From a virus (lineage: Duplodnaviria; Caudoviricetes), in IMG/VR virus record IMGVR_UViG_3300038321_000080, positions 1-51,695 of that record: a stretch of 51,695 nucleotides of DNA. One strand, written 5' to 3'. Positions 8,774 to 17,555 of the stretch are shown here, piece after piece. Numbering within the stretch: the first letter of the stretch is position 1; each line of letters starts with the position of its first letter. The position numbers and the translations under genes are program-made. The notes beneath the pieces are model-generated. The model was given only the letters and a program-made list of their open reading frames with translations. It was not told the DNA's origin and did not search any database.

Positions 8774-8863
8774 ATCTGCTATTACTAATTGAGCCTTGGG
8801 AATGTTGTATCTTTTATAATTTTGAAAATGGTCGTTATATAGTTCAACTTTAATGTCTTTCAT
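8774..8863 (-). pseudogene. Orphan 5' fragment (30 codons) of the DNA methyltransferase
   Basis: MKDIKVELYNDHFQNYKRYNIPKAQLVIAD versus MKEVKVELYNDNFQNYKKYNIPRANLVLAD at 7885..7796. Confidence 0.9.
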
Positions 8864-8867
8864 TTTT

Positions 8868-9101
8868 CTACCTCCCGATATATTCTTCAAAGTTGCTTAT
8901 TTCTGTTTCAAATTGTTTGATTAATCTCTCCTCATGCTCTACGTCTTTTCTCAACCGTTCTATTTCTTCATTTGTTTTCCCGTGATTTTCTGTTAAATTA
9001 ACCATAGCTAAGCACAATTCTTTTCTTTCAACTATGTTTTCTAATGCGTGTTTTATAGCATACATATCTTTTAATTTTAGTCTTACGCTCATTTTACTCA
9101 T
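8868..9101 (-). CDS. Hypothetical protein
   Basis: ORF, ATGA overlap. Confidence 0.7.
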   Translation of the reverse strand: MSKMSVRLKLKDMYAIKHALENIVERKELCLAMVNLTENHGKTNEEIERLRKDVEHEERLIKQFETEISNFEEYIGR

Positions 9102-9430
9102 TCTTCTACCTCCACATATTTCTTGTATAACTTAAACCAATCCTCCGCCCTCATAGTAACCTTCCATTTCTCGTTATTCCGTCTATGTGCTACAATTGCC
9201 ATTTCGTTATCTTTCTTATCTCTTTCAGCTTGTTGTAATGCTTGTTCTATGTTTAACCGCTCTACTCTTTTAACCTCTATGTGTATTCCTTCTAATCCGA
9301 CTACATCTTCGCCTTCTATTCCTGAATACTGTTGCCCTCTCCTTGCTTCTGTAAATCCTTGCTCTCTGCATATCTTTGCCCACTCTCGTTCTCCTCTTGC
9401 TCCTTTTTGCTTGCTATTTATCTTAGCCAT
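9098..9430 (-). CDS. Holliday-junction resolvase-like PD-(D/E)XK nuclease
   Basis: NSKQKGARGERE...RRGQQYSG..G.DV...IEVKR. Confidence 0.8.
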   Translation of the reverse strand: MAKINSKQKGARGEREWAKICREQGFTEARRGQQYSGIEGEDVVGLEGIHIEVKRVERLNIEQALQQAERDKKDNEMAIVAHRRNNEKWKVTMRAEDWFKLYKKYVEVEE

Positions 9431-9442
9431 CTTCTCACCTTC

Positions 9443-9769
9443 CTAAATGTATAGCTTTAGTGTCTTTTTTAATAATTCGTTTTCATTTTTTAATCTTTCT
9501 AATTCCTTTTTATCTATTCTTTCTTCCGATATAGCTTTTCTTAATCTCGTTTGTTCACTTTCGTAGTATTCTATAACTTCTTTGATAGAGCTTTTCTTGA
9601 CTGTTTCAACTTTTACTGGTGCTGCAAATCCTTTTGTATGAGTTAATATATTTATCCCTAAATATCCATCTTCTTCTTTTATGTTCATACACTTATTTTC
9701 GACCCATTCTACTATTCCGATTTTTTCATCTTTCGTTTTAACAAAATCACCTAATTTAATTTCATTCAT
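9443..9769 (-). CDS. Hypothetical protein
   Basis: ORF with RBS. Confidence 0.7.
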   Translation of the reverse strand: MNEIKLGDFVKTKDEKIGIVEWVENKCMNIKEEDGYLGINILTHTKGFAAPVKVETVKKSSIKEVIEYYESEQTRLRKAISEERIDKKELERLKNENELLKKTLKLYI

Positions 9770-9908
9770 TAATTTTATCTCCTTTCAATTTCCATCTTCT
9801 TGCCTTCCTCCTTGGTCTAATTAAAATCCTATCCCACATATAAAATTTAAAGAATGTTCCGTTGCTTAAGTTTGTTGTTTCTCTCCATCTTCGCCATTCT
9901 CTTAGCAT
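9762..9908 (-). CDS. Small basic hypothetical protein (48 aa)
   Basis: Manual translation MLREWRRWRETTNL...; GGAGG RBS. Confidence 0.5.
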   Translation of the reverse strand: MLREWRRWRETTNLSNGTFFKFYMWDRILIRPRRKARRWKLKGDKINE

Positions 9909-9925
9909 TGTTTATCCTCCCTTGG

Positions 9926-10459
9926 CTAACTTATTAAGCTTAATTGTTTCTCGTGCGATTTTATTTCTAATGTACATATAGTGTCGTTGTGATTTCCGCC
10001 ATGACACACGATTAATATTTTTTGCTTTATAAAACCTCTGCTTTTACCCATTCCCACGCTATTAAACCCTAGACTTACAACTTTGCCACCTGGTTTAATG
10101 ATTCTTGCTATCTCGTCTTTATCTCTGCTCCAAAACGTAGTCCTTGTATCGTCTTGCATACATTCTATTCCTATACTGTCATAGCACTCTTTTACCTGCC
10201 TTGGAGTAAAAGGAGGGTCATAAATTATAAAATCTACCGATTCATCTTCAAATGTTTTTAAAAAATCTATTGATTTTAAATTGTAGGTTGTTTTATATTC
10301 AGGATTCAAGTCATTGGTAACTTTACAAAATGTTTGTTTTCTTGCAAAAGGGTCTATCGTCAACCCAGCTTTAGGAATTTCTCTTTTTATAAATTCTCGT
10401 ATTGGTTTTATATCGCAAGTGTTCTTATTTGGCAAAGCATAGACATATTCTATGTGCAT
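9926..10459 (-). CDS. Small phage adenine methyltransferase-like protein
   Basis: IDPFAR motif I, TNDLNP, YDPPF motif IV, HGGNHNDTI. Confidence 0.8.
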   Translation of the reverse strand: MHIEYVYALPNKNTCDIKPIREFIKREIPKAGLTIDPFARKQTFCKVTNDLNPEYKTTYNLKSIDFLKTFEDESVDFIIYDPPFTPRQVKECYDSIGIECMQDDTRTTFWSRDKDEIARIIKPGGKVVSLGFNSVGMGKSRGFIKQKILIVCHGGNHNDTICTLEIKSHEKQLSLIS

Positions 10460-10471
10460 TTCATCACTTCC

Positions 10472-10840
10472 TTAGCTTTGTTTGTCCTCCCATCCGATAT
10501 ACCAATCACCTTCTAATATTTCGACCGAGGTTATTGGGGTTTTGTTTTCTTCCTCTACTAATCCAAAATTGCAACTCCTATAAACGTATTTCTCTCCCTT
10601 TAATAAGCAATAAATATCTTTCCCTTCGTCAAATGCTTCTGCGGCTTCCATAAAGCTAACAGGTTCTTTTACTTCTTCCCATTCTTCATCAATATGAATA
10701 ATTTCACAACGTATATCAGCATTTTCAGGTTCTAATTCTTGATAATACTCCTCCCAATAATAAATCTCTTTGTCTTTTTTTCTCTTGAATCTCGTCTTGC
10801 CTTCCTCTGCAATTGTTTTATACACATCATACGTTTTCAT
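10472..10840 (-). CDS. Hypothetical protein, paralogue of 15530..15913
   Basis: Shared WEEVKEPVSFMEA block. Confidence 0.75.
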   Translation of the reverse strand: MKTYDVYKTIAEEGKTRFKRKKDKEIYYWEEYYQELEPENADIRCEIIHIDEEWEEVKEPVSFMEAAEAFDEGKDIYCLLKGEKYVYRSCNFGLVEEENKTPITSVEILEGDWYIGWEDKQS

Positions 10841-11104
10841 TTAATTACCTCCCAATAACTTTTCTATCTTCTCATCAAGTTCTTTTATAAGTTTCATTAA
10901 TTCGTCTATCAATGTTACGTTAGAATTTCTTATTTGTAGCTCTTTATAGCTCTGTAGTGCGTTTGTAATTGTTCTATGGTAAGAAACATTGACTGTATAT
11001 TCCTTTTTCTCTCTATCGTCTGTCACGGTTGTTTTTTTCTCTTGTAAAATATACTGCATTGAATCACTTGCTATTTGATATTTATTGTCTATTTAAATCT
11101 TCAT
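10841..11104 (-). pseudogene. Phage protein (DUF5405-like) with an in-frame stop at codon 4
   Basis: GGAGG-N8-ATG AAG ATT TAA ATA GAC AAT..., in frame with ORF 10841..11059. Confidence 0.55.
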
Positions 11105-11267
11105 TTTCAATACCTCCTATGGCATAATGTAGCCTTTTTATATAATCCTTTTCCTTTTCCTGTTCTAACATTTCTATAGCTTGTCTTATACATTCTTTCG
11201 CTGTCATTCCTGTACTTGTAGCCACTTCCTCTATAGCTTTTAAGAGTTCCGCTCTAAGCTCGTCCAT
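11082..11267 (-). CDS. Hypothetical protein
   Basis: ORF with GGAGG RBS. Confidence 0.65.
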   Translation of the reverse strand: MDELRAELLKAIEEVATSTGMTAKECIRQAIEMLEQEKEKDYIKRLHYAIGGIENEDLNRQ

Positions 11268-11865
11268 GTTTTGCCTCCTTAAAGGTGTACTCTCCCGTTG
11301 CGAAATCTACTTTTAAAATACATTCTTTATATCCGTTTCTTTCAAAGATATAGAATTTATCTGTTCTGCCTATTAATTTTGCTGTAAATCCGTTGTCTTT
11401 CTTTCTGCCTATTGTATTTCTTTTGTCTATTTCATACCTCTTGCCTTTTTTTAAGGCTTTATCTAGCTTTGCTATCCTCTCGTCCATGTCATTAAGTTTC
11501 ATTCCTTTAACCATAGTTTCAGACTCCTTTTTGAAGTTTAAATAATCTCCCGGTATCGGATCAAGTACTTTGGTTTCTGTATATTCCGTCATGCAGTCTA
11601 AACAGTAATAAACTTGTTTAACTCCTTTCAAATATGTTGTTACTTCGTTTATGTTCTTCCCTTTGCATAACGGACATTCATTGGGACTATTTAGACCTTT
11701 AAACTTTTCTTTTATTTCTCCGCCCATTCTATCTATTTCGTAGACTTTATTTCTTATAGCCGATTTAGTTCTTCCTAGCCGTAAGGCTACATAATCTACA
11801 CCTTTATTCCAGTAATTTTCGTATGCGAATTTTTGTTCTTCCGCTGTCCATGTTGTTCCGTTCAT
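11254..11865 (-). CDS. HTH plus zinc-ribbon protein
   Basis: WTAEE...VALRLGRTKSAIRNK; CPLC...CLDC. Confidence 0.65.
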   Translation of the reverse strand: MNGTTWTAEEQKFAYENYWNKGVDYVALRLGRTKSAIRNKVYEIDRMGGEIKEKFKGLNSPNECPLCKGKNINEVTTYLKGVKQVYYCLDCMTEYTETKVLDPIPGDYLNFKKESETMVKGMKLNDMDERIAKLDKALKKGKRYEIDKRNTIGRKKDNGFTAKLIGRTDKFYIFERNGYKECILKVDFATGEYTFKEAKHGRA

Positions 11866-11866
11866 T

Positions 11867-12790
11867 TTACTCCTCCTTCGTTTTATTAAAATAATGTTCT
11901 CTTTTCCTTCTTGCTATCTCTTCTAAATCCTCGGCAGACATATTAGAAGTTCTCTGTTCAAAATTATGAAACTTAGTTTTTTTAGAATTAGACTTATTAT
12001 TTTCTTGTTTATTCTGCTGCTTTTCTTTTCTAAGTGCCTCTAAATCATCTAAAGTTAAAATATTATTGTCTTTCCAATTTCTCAAAATACCTAGCACGTA
12101 ATTAACCGTTCTTCTTTTTTTATTAGAAGCTATCTTTATAGCCTCGCCAAGCATTTCTACTTTGAATGTTTCTGAGTACCCGCTTATTTCATCAATTAGG
12201 ATTGGTGGTATAACTCCTATATTTTCTTCTAAAAGTTTTACGATATTTTTTAGGTTTTCGCCGTACATACATATACTGTTTTTATTGTCCTTATTATCTT
12301 TATTATCATTATTATTCTTATTATCTTTATTGTTTGGGTTTTCTTGTAGTTCTTTTGTAGTCTCTTGGTAGTCTTTCAGTAGTTCTTTTGTAGTCTTTTC
12401 GTAGTCTTTTAGTGGTTTTTTTGTAGTTTCTAAAACTTGGTAATCGTTGTAATTTACTATCGTTATGGTGGTCTTTTTTTTATCCGACGACTTGACTATC
12501 ATTTTTTCATTTTCAAGCAATTTTAAAAAATTTCTTACTTTAGTTTTTGACCAACCCCATTTGTCCATTAGTTTATATTCCGATGTGATAAAGCTACCTC
12601 TTTCTACCTCTACAAGTTCATTTCCTAATAAAAATTGATTATCTTTAAAATTAGCCATTAACAATAAATCTATCCAAGCTGACCGCTTGTCAAATGGCTT
12701 CTCCTGCCATATCCAATGTTCTCGTATCTTCCTATGAATACTTATCCATCCACTCAATTTCTTATCACCTACTTTGTAGACCAGGAGCAT
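11867..12790 (-). CDS. Replication initiator with DnaD/DnaB_2 domain
   Basis: GWISIHRKIREHWIW N-terminus; NYVLGILRNWKDNNILT DnaD motif; start is probably the TTG of LSGW. Confidence 0.9.
   Translation of the reverse strand: MLLVYKVGDKKLSGWISIHRKIREHWIWQEKPFDKRSAWIDLLLMANFKDNQFLLGNELVEVERGSFITSEYKLMDKWGWSKTKVRNFLKLLENEKMIVKSSDKKKTTITIVNYNDYQVLETTKKPLKDYEKTTKELLKDYQETTKELQENPNNKDNKNNNDNKDNKDNKNSICMYGENLKNIVKLLEENIGVIPPILIDEISGYSETFKVEMLGEAIKIASNKKRRTVNYVLGILRNWKDNNILTLDDLEALRKEKQQNKQENNKSNSKKTKFHNFEQRTSNMSAEDLEEIARRKREHYFNKTKEE
12270..12432. repeat. Putative replication origin: iterons plus AT-rich 9-mers inside the initiator gene
   Basis: Multiple GTAGTYY(T)TT repeats at 12346-12430 and TTATTATC-type repeats at 12282-12330. 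Confidence 0.75.
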
Positions 12791-12801
12791 AAAGCCCCGA
12801 C

Positions 12802-13419
12802 CTACTTTCCTATCTCGTTCAACATCTGTATAATCCTACTTGCTTCTGCTTTTGTAAGAGCCTTGCTAGAATCTTTGTTGTATGTTTGCTTAATATAGCC
12901 AGCCATTTCATTCTCAAAGCCTTTTTCCTCTGTTAACTTGTAAAGAAACTGTAATTGTTTATCTGTTGCTAGAGAATTATCTGCTATAGCCTGCTTGTCC
13001 TTATCTGTTTTAGACTTATTAGTTTGAGTTGTAGAAGAATTTTTATTGTTACTAGAGGTATTAGTCGACTTATCCTCTCCTTCGTCTGTTAGCTCTTCTA
13101 TAGCCGTCATACCCACATTTGTTAAATCTCTTAATGCTCTTGCCTTAGCTCTTGTTTCTGCCATTCTTATCAAGTGTTTAGATATAAAACTATTTACATT
13201 TGCAGGATTAGCGTCTCCTATACCGTGGAATTCTCCATTTTCAACTATGGCCATAGCTTTCACTATGCAGGTGTTATTGTTTTCCTTACTTGGTGCCTGC
13301 AATAGCTCTGTCTTAATCCCCTTAAGTCCTTTTTGATGTGCTAAATCAAGTAATCCTTCATAGGTCACGAATTGTTTTCCTTGCAATTCGACTATAAAAT
13401 TATCATCTACCTTAGCCAT
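12802..13419 (-). CDS. Single-strand annealing protein (Rad52/Sak-like fold)
   Basis: QGKQFVTYEGLL...RMAETRAKARALR; sits between Gam and the initiator. Confidence 0.65.
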   Translation of the reverse strand: MAKVDDNFIVELQGKQFVTYEGLLDLAHQKGLKGIKTELLQAPSKENNNTCIVKAMAIVENGEFHGIGDANPANVNSFISKHLIRMAETRAKARALRDLTNVGMTAIEELTDEGEDKSTNTSSNNKNSSTTQTNKSKTDKDKQAIADNSLATDKQLQFLYKLTEEKGFENEMAGYIKQTYNKDSSKALTKAEASRIIQMLNEIGK

Positions 13420-14103
13420 CTATTCCACCACCTTGATACTTATAAAATCTGGTCTTTCTTCTACAGTTACACCTTCGATAATCTTACCCTCACAAACTAC
13501 AACCGATTCATGGAATTTATGCTCTCCAGTGTCATCAATTTCCCCAGTTTCTTTATTGATAAATAGTACATCTCCATGCCTTTCGACATCTTCGCAAATT
13601 ACATCATTTAAGCTGACAACATTTTTTAAAACCTTAGCTTCTTTCTTTAAGTCTGCTTTATTTACTTCTTCTTTAACTCTGATAAAATCTTTTAGTTTGT
13701 GTTTCTTTAAGCTTTCTATAGTTTTTTCTTCTTCGTAACTCCACTTAGGTTGTTGCTTTCTACTTGTTACCTTCCCGTGCGGAGTAGACAGCTTGAATTT
13801 TGGATCCTTGCTTTTCTCTATTACAAAATATTTCGTTAGCAATCCTTCGAAGAATTCTTTGCTATGTTCTAAAGAACCTAATTCTTGTTTCTCCCACTCT
13901 TCTATTCGTGCTTTCTCCTGCTGTGCCAGTTCTTTTATTTCACTTGCCTTAACCTCTATTGCCCTAAGCTTTCTAAATGCCCAATTTGCAGAATCTATGT
14001 CTTTGATTTTAAATCTCTCGTCTGTGAGTTTTTCCATATCCTCTGTTCTTTCTAATATGTCCTCTATCTCATTAAGCTCCATTTCTATTAATTCATTTAT
14101 CAT
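13420..14103 (-). CDS. Mu Gam-like host-nuclease inhibitor
   Basis: FKIKDIDSANWAFRKL...LSTPHGKVTSRK...EEVNKADLK. Confidence 0.85.
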   Translation of the reverse strand: MINELIEMELNEIEDILERTEDMEKLTDERFKIKDIDSANWAFRKLRAIEVKASEIKELAQQEKARIEEWEKQELGSLEHSKEFFEGLLTKYFVIEKSKDPKFKLSTPHGKVTSRKQQPKWSYEEEKTIESLKKHKLKDFIRVKEEVNKADLKKEAKVLKNVVSLNDVICEDVERHGDVLFINKETGEIDDTGEHKFHESVVVCEGKIIEGVTVEERPDFISIKVVE

Positions 14104-14312
14104 TATTCTTCCTCCTTCTCAACAATCATCTCGCACAACTCTTTAAATCTTTCCTCTACCTTGTTTAACTCAACTTTTGCATTTTCCCCTATTTCTACTT
14201 TTTCTCTTAGTTCGTCTATTTTCTCTATTGTGTATTTCATTTCGTTTCTAATTTTAGATTCACAAGGCAGCTTTCTTATAGTTAACGTTCCATCTCCTAT
14301 AAATTTAGCCAT
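14103..14312 (-). CDS. Hypothetical protein
   Basis: ORF with RBS. Confidence 0.65.
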   Translation of the reverse strand: MAKFIGDGTLTIRKLPCESKIRNEMKYTIEKIDELREKVEIGENAKVELNKVEERFKELCEMIVEKEEE

Positions 14313-14366
14313 TGAACTTTCCTCCCTTTTCGTGGTATACTCATATAAAGATATTTTTTATCGAAC

Positions 14367-14921
14367 CTATTTTGCTTGGTCGGCTATAGGTTCTTTTTTT
14401 ATCTCTTTTAAATGTTCATTATTCCCTTCCATTCTTATAGGTAATATCATTACAAATTCGTCGTCTAAGCAAGCATACAAGGGCATTAAATTGCTTTCGT
14501 TGTAATATTTTATATCCTCGTTTTCTTTAATCATGCTCATGAATCTAGAATCTATATAAGTGTAATGTTCTCCTTTAAAAATTCTTTTGTTTTTCTTACC
14601 AGCCCCTTCAATTTCAATAAGCCGTGTATCTTCTATCAATGTTTTGGGAATTTTTAAAAAATCATTAAAAATATTTTCAACCTTATTTAAAGGTTTTTTA
14701 TCATACCAACAATAATTATCTAGTCTATATGTCTGATTGTTTTCAGGAATGAATCCAAACTTTTCAACCAGTAACCCTAATATTTTTCTATACTTCTCTT
14801 GCTTTAAATCAGCCTTTATGAGCCAATAACCGTTTGCTACCATGTCAACATCTTCTGTCCTTGTCCAAAACAAAACATCAGACTTTCTTATTTGACTGTT
14901 TACTTTAGTTACGTTTAACAT
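14367..14921 (-). CDS. Hypothetical protein
   Basis: ORF with GGAGG RBS. Confidence 0.75.
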   Translation of the reverse strand: MLNVTKVNSQIRKSDVLFWTRTEDVDMVANGYWLIKADLKQEKYRKILGLLVEKFGFIPENNQTYRLDNYCWYDKKPLNKVENIFNDFLKIPKTLIEDTRLIEIEGAGKKNKRIFKGEHYTYIDSRFMSMIKENEDIKYYNESNLMPLYACLDDEFVMILPIRMEGNNEHLKEIKKEPIADQAK

Positions 14922-15001
14922 CTTTACCCTCCTTAGCTTTCTTAACTTTTATAAGTTTAAAATCCTTATTCTTGCCAATAAAACCGTATAGAATTTTCAT
15001 T

Positions 15002-15301
15002 TTACACCTCTCTTTCTTTCATGCTTTCAAGGATTTTCTTTAACTGTAAAAACTTAGCCTCAACCTTTAGCAATTCTTTATATCTTTTAAAAGGAATTTC
15101 CGCTGTCTTCTCATTAGAATTTATAGGTTCGTTTCCTTGTATTATCCAGATGTCATCATTTAGATACTTTTCTGCTTTTTCATTTGGATACCAAGTACTT
15201 ATGCATTCCCCATCTTCAATCCAGGATATTTTATAATTATCATTCACTTTCTCAGCTGTATAAACTGTATTATCCTTTACTTTAAATCTAAACTTATCCA
15301 T
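15002..15301 (-). CDS. Hypothetical protein
   Basis: ORF with RBS. Confidence 0.7.
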   Translation of the reverse strand: MDKFRFKVKDNTVYTAEKVNDNYKISWIEDGECISTWYPNEKAEKYLNDDIWIIQGNEPINSNEKTAEIPFKRYKELLKVEAKFLQLKKILESMKEREV

Positions 15302-15328
15302 TTACTTCTCTCCTTCCTCAACTTAACG

Positions 15329-15517
15329 TTAAGCTATTACTCCTACATCACCTCTACGTCTGTGTCCTACTGCTAGTCCATTCCTAGCTGCAGCAATTGT
15401 AGTGTTTACTCCTACCGCTTTAGGTGCTTTAATCTCCACTGGAACTAAAAATTCCTTTTCATACTCCATCTTAAAATCTCCAAATCCATGACATATTGTT
15501 AAAACCTTTTTAATCAT
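15329..15517 (-). CDS. Small hypothetical protein, copy 2
   Basis: Paralogue of 16261..16449. Confidence 0.75.
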   Translation of the reverse strand: MIKKVLTICHGFGDFKMEYEKEFLVPVEIKAPKAVGVNTTIAAARNGLAVGHRRRGDVGVIA

Positions 15518-15529
15518 TAAATTACCTCC

Positions 15530-15913
15530 TTAATCTTCGATATAGAACTCACTGCCCAACAAAATCTCGACTATTGTTGCATTGTAAAAATCCGCCCCTA
15601 ATCTTAGTAGTAATTCATCTAGTGGAACACTGTCAGTTTTAATGCCTTTTACTTTGTAAAACAGTGATAATTTTATATTTGGATTGTTTCTTACTTCTTC
15701 AAGAGCTTCCATAAACGATACCGGTTCTTTTACTTCTTCCCAACCGTCATTACTTAAAAGTGTTACTCTAAAGTTTTGTCCGTTTTGTTCCTTACCTAGC
15801 CATACAACAGCACCATTGGCAATTGTGACATATGAATTTTTCGCACTATCTTTTTTTGCAAATTTTTTATTTGGATTCTCTGTTAATTCCTTAATCATTT
15901 CCCATGTTTTCAT
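15530..15913 (-). CDS. Hypothetical protein, paralogue of 10472..10840
   Basis: MKTWEMIKELTENPNKKF...WEEVKEPVSFMEA. Confidence 0.75.
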   Translation of the reverse strand: MKTWEMIKELTENPNKKFAKKDSAKNSYVTIANGAVVWLGKEQNGQNFRVTLLSNDGWEEVKEPVSFMEALEEVRNNPNIKLSLFYKVKGIKTDSVPLDELLLRLGADFYNATIVEILLGSEFYIED

Positions 15914-15924
15914 CTAATTACCTC

Positions 15925-16092
15925 CTACTTTATAAATCGTTCAGCATATCTAAATTGCTGTTTTATATATCCATCTTCTATATTTCCACCACTTGCTAGC
16001 CAATCGCCTATTCTTTTGTCGATATCCTGCAAGACTTCAAAAGGTAATTGACCTGCATACTGTAATAAATCCTCCATGCTATTTATTTTCAT
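15925..16092 (-). CDS. Small phage protein (55 aa, DUF6877-like)
   Basis: Manual translation ...[35 protein letters not shown]; GGAGG RBS. Confidence 0.75.
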   Translation of the reverse strand: MKINSMEDLLQYAGQLPFEVLQDIDKRIGDWLASGGNIEDGYIKQQFRYAERFIK

Positions 16093-16132
16093 CTTATTTA
16101 CCTCCTTGTTAGGCCTCCTTGCTTATCCTTCT

Positions 16133-16244
16133 ACCTAGGCTCTATTCAACACCTAATGTCTTGGCAGTAACCTTATCATGTATTTTGGCGTGGCTCATAT
16201 CTTCGCTCACTCCCGCTCAACTAGATACTCAACAGAGCCTAGGT
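16133..16244 (-). ncRNA. Candidate structured RNA
   Basis: 14-bp closing stem ACCTAGGCTCTGTT/AATAGAGCCTAGGT in a GC-elevated intergenic gap. Confidence 0.5.
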
Positions 16245-16260
16245 TCTAACGATTATTTAA

Positions 16261-16449
16261 TTATCTTAGTTCCCCCACATCACCACGAAATCTGTGTCCT
16301 AGGGGTAAAGTATTTCTAGCTCTTACTGCTGTAGTGTTTGCATTGGTTGCATTGGTTGCTTTAACCTTTGCTGGGAATAAAAATTCTTCTTCATATTCCA
16401 TCTTAAAATCTCCGAACCTATGACATATTGTTAAAACCTTCTTAATCAT
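16261..16449 (-). CDS. Small hypothetical protein, copy 1
   Basis: Paralogue of 15329..15517. Confidence 0.75.
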   Translation of the reverse strand: MIKKVLTICHRFGDFKMEYEEEFLFPAKVKATNATNANTTAVRARNTLPLGHRFRGDVGELR

Positions 16450-16769
16450 TAAATTACCTCCTTAACAAATTTAATTCCGTTTCCTACTGTCAACCTTACA
16501 AAATCCTTTAATTCCTCATTCTGTTTCTGTAATTCTTCCTTCTCTTTCTTCAACTGCTCTATTTCCTTTAATAGCCTTTTTCTCTCCAGAGGAGATAGTT
16601 TACTTATTTCAGTCTCCTCTAGTTTCATTATGTGCTCTATATTAAACCTTACAGAGGGTAACCCTTTTACGGGATTTACAATTCCGTCATCCACATATCT
16701 ATTTATAGTAGTAATGCTAAATTCCCAACGTTCCGCCAAGTCTTGCTTGGTTAATAGTTGTTTTCCCAC
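16449..16769 (-). CDS. Excisionase-like MerR-type HTH protein
   Basis: LLTKQDLAERWEFSITTINRY..DGI; coiled-coil tail. Confidence 0.75.
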   Translation of the reverse strand: MGKQLLTKQDLAERWEFSITTINRYVDDGIVNPVKGLPSVRFNIEHIMKLEETEISKLSPLERKRLLKEIEQLKKEKEELQKQNEELKDFVRLTVGNGIKFVKEVI

Positions 16770-16780
16770 GTCGGCACCTC

Positions 16781-17533
16781 CTAAATAACTTCTTCTAGTT
16801 GTGTTTCTTTGAATTTGTCAATAAAGTATATTTGTCCCTTACCTGTTACCTTGGGTGTTTTGCTTACGCTTACATGCCCATCACTATGGGTAATTGATGT
16901 TTCTTTTATTTCAAATAACTCTAAGTCCATGGACTTCTGTGTAGGCATATTGTAATCAGTACCTTTTCTTTTAATTAAGTAATCATTATTTCTAAGCCAT
17001 TCAAATAATCTGTTTTGCCCTGTATTTATACCGTTTTGTCTTAGAATCTTCGCTAATTCACCAACTAATATAGATGTACGTGAAGTTGATACTGCGTCAG
17101 CAAAAAGAACTTTCGGCTTGTCCTTCTCTATCTTTCCTTTAAGTTGAAGAATATTGTTTTGATACTCTAATATTTTTGTATCTGCTACTTTTAAAGCTCT
17201 TGCCATTATGGCTTCTGGACTATTCCATTGCTTTTCTAACTCTATAAAATATCGTCTTGCCATTTTCCCCTTTTCTGTTTTCTGCAACATTGCTAATTCT
17301 TTAGCCATGTCTATTGTTATTTCATAGTCTGTGTATTCATATTCATTGCCTTGAGCTGTTCGACTTTTTTGTCGGATAGCTCTATAGTCGATGTTTTCAA
17401 CGAATCCATATTCTGAATACCTATGAAACCACTTCATAAATTCGCTATGAGGTCTATCTAAAAACTCCCATAAATCTTTAGCACTTGTTGTATATCTATC
17501 ACTGTCATAATTAATCTTAATTAGTTCGTTCAT
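16781..17533 (-). CDS. Antirepressor (AntA N-terminus, ANT/KilAC C-terminus)
   Basis: SAKDLWEFL...DMAKELAM...ARRYFIELEK; KPKVLFADAV...VTGKGQIYF. Confidence 0.92.
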   Translation of the reverse strand: MNELIKINYDSDRYTTSAKDLWEFLDRPHSEFMKWFHRYSEYGFVENIDYRAIRQKSRTAQGNEYEYTDYEITIDMAKELAMLQKTEKGKMARRYFIELEKQWNSPEAIMARALKVADTKILEYQNNILQLKGKIEKDKPKVLFADAVSTSRTSILVGELAKILRQNGINTGQNRLFEWLRNNDYLIKRKGTDYNMPTQKSMDLELFEIKETSITHSDGHVSVSKTPKVTGKGQIYFIDKFKETQLEEVI

Positions 17534-17555
17534 TCGTATCCCCCCTTTTCGCATA

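Noticed and set aside
12270-12432. Short repeats as a possible CRISPR mini-array
   Set aside because: No unique spacers; they lie within the initiator gene and fit origin iterons
16133-16244. Pistol or hammerhead ribozyme assignment
   Set aside because: GCCACGCCAAAAUA superficially resembles pistol, but the P1 partner and pseudoknot are not evident; no CUGAUGA/GAAA core
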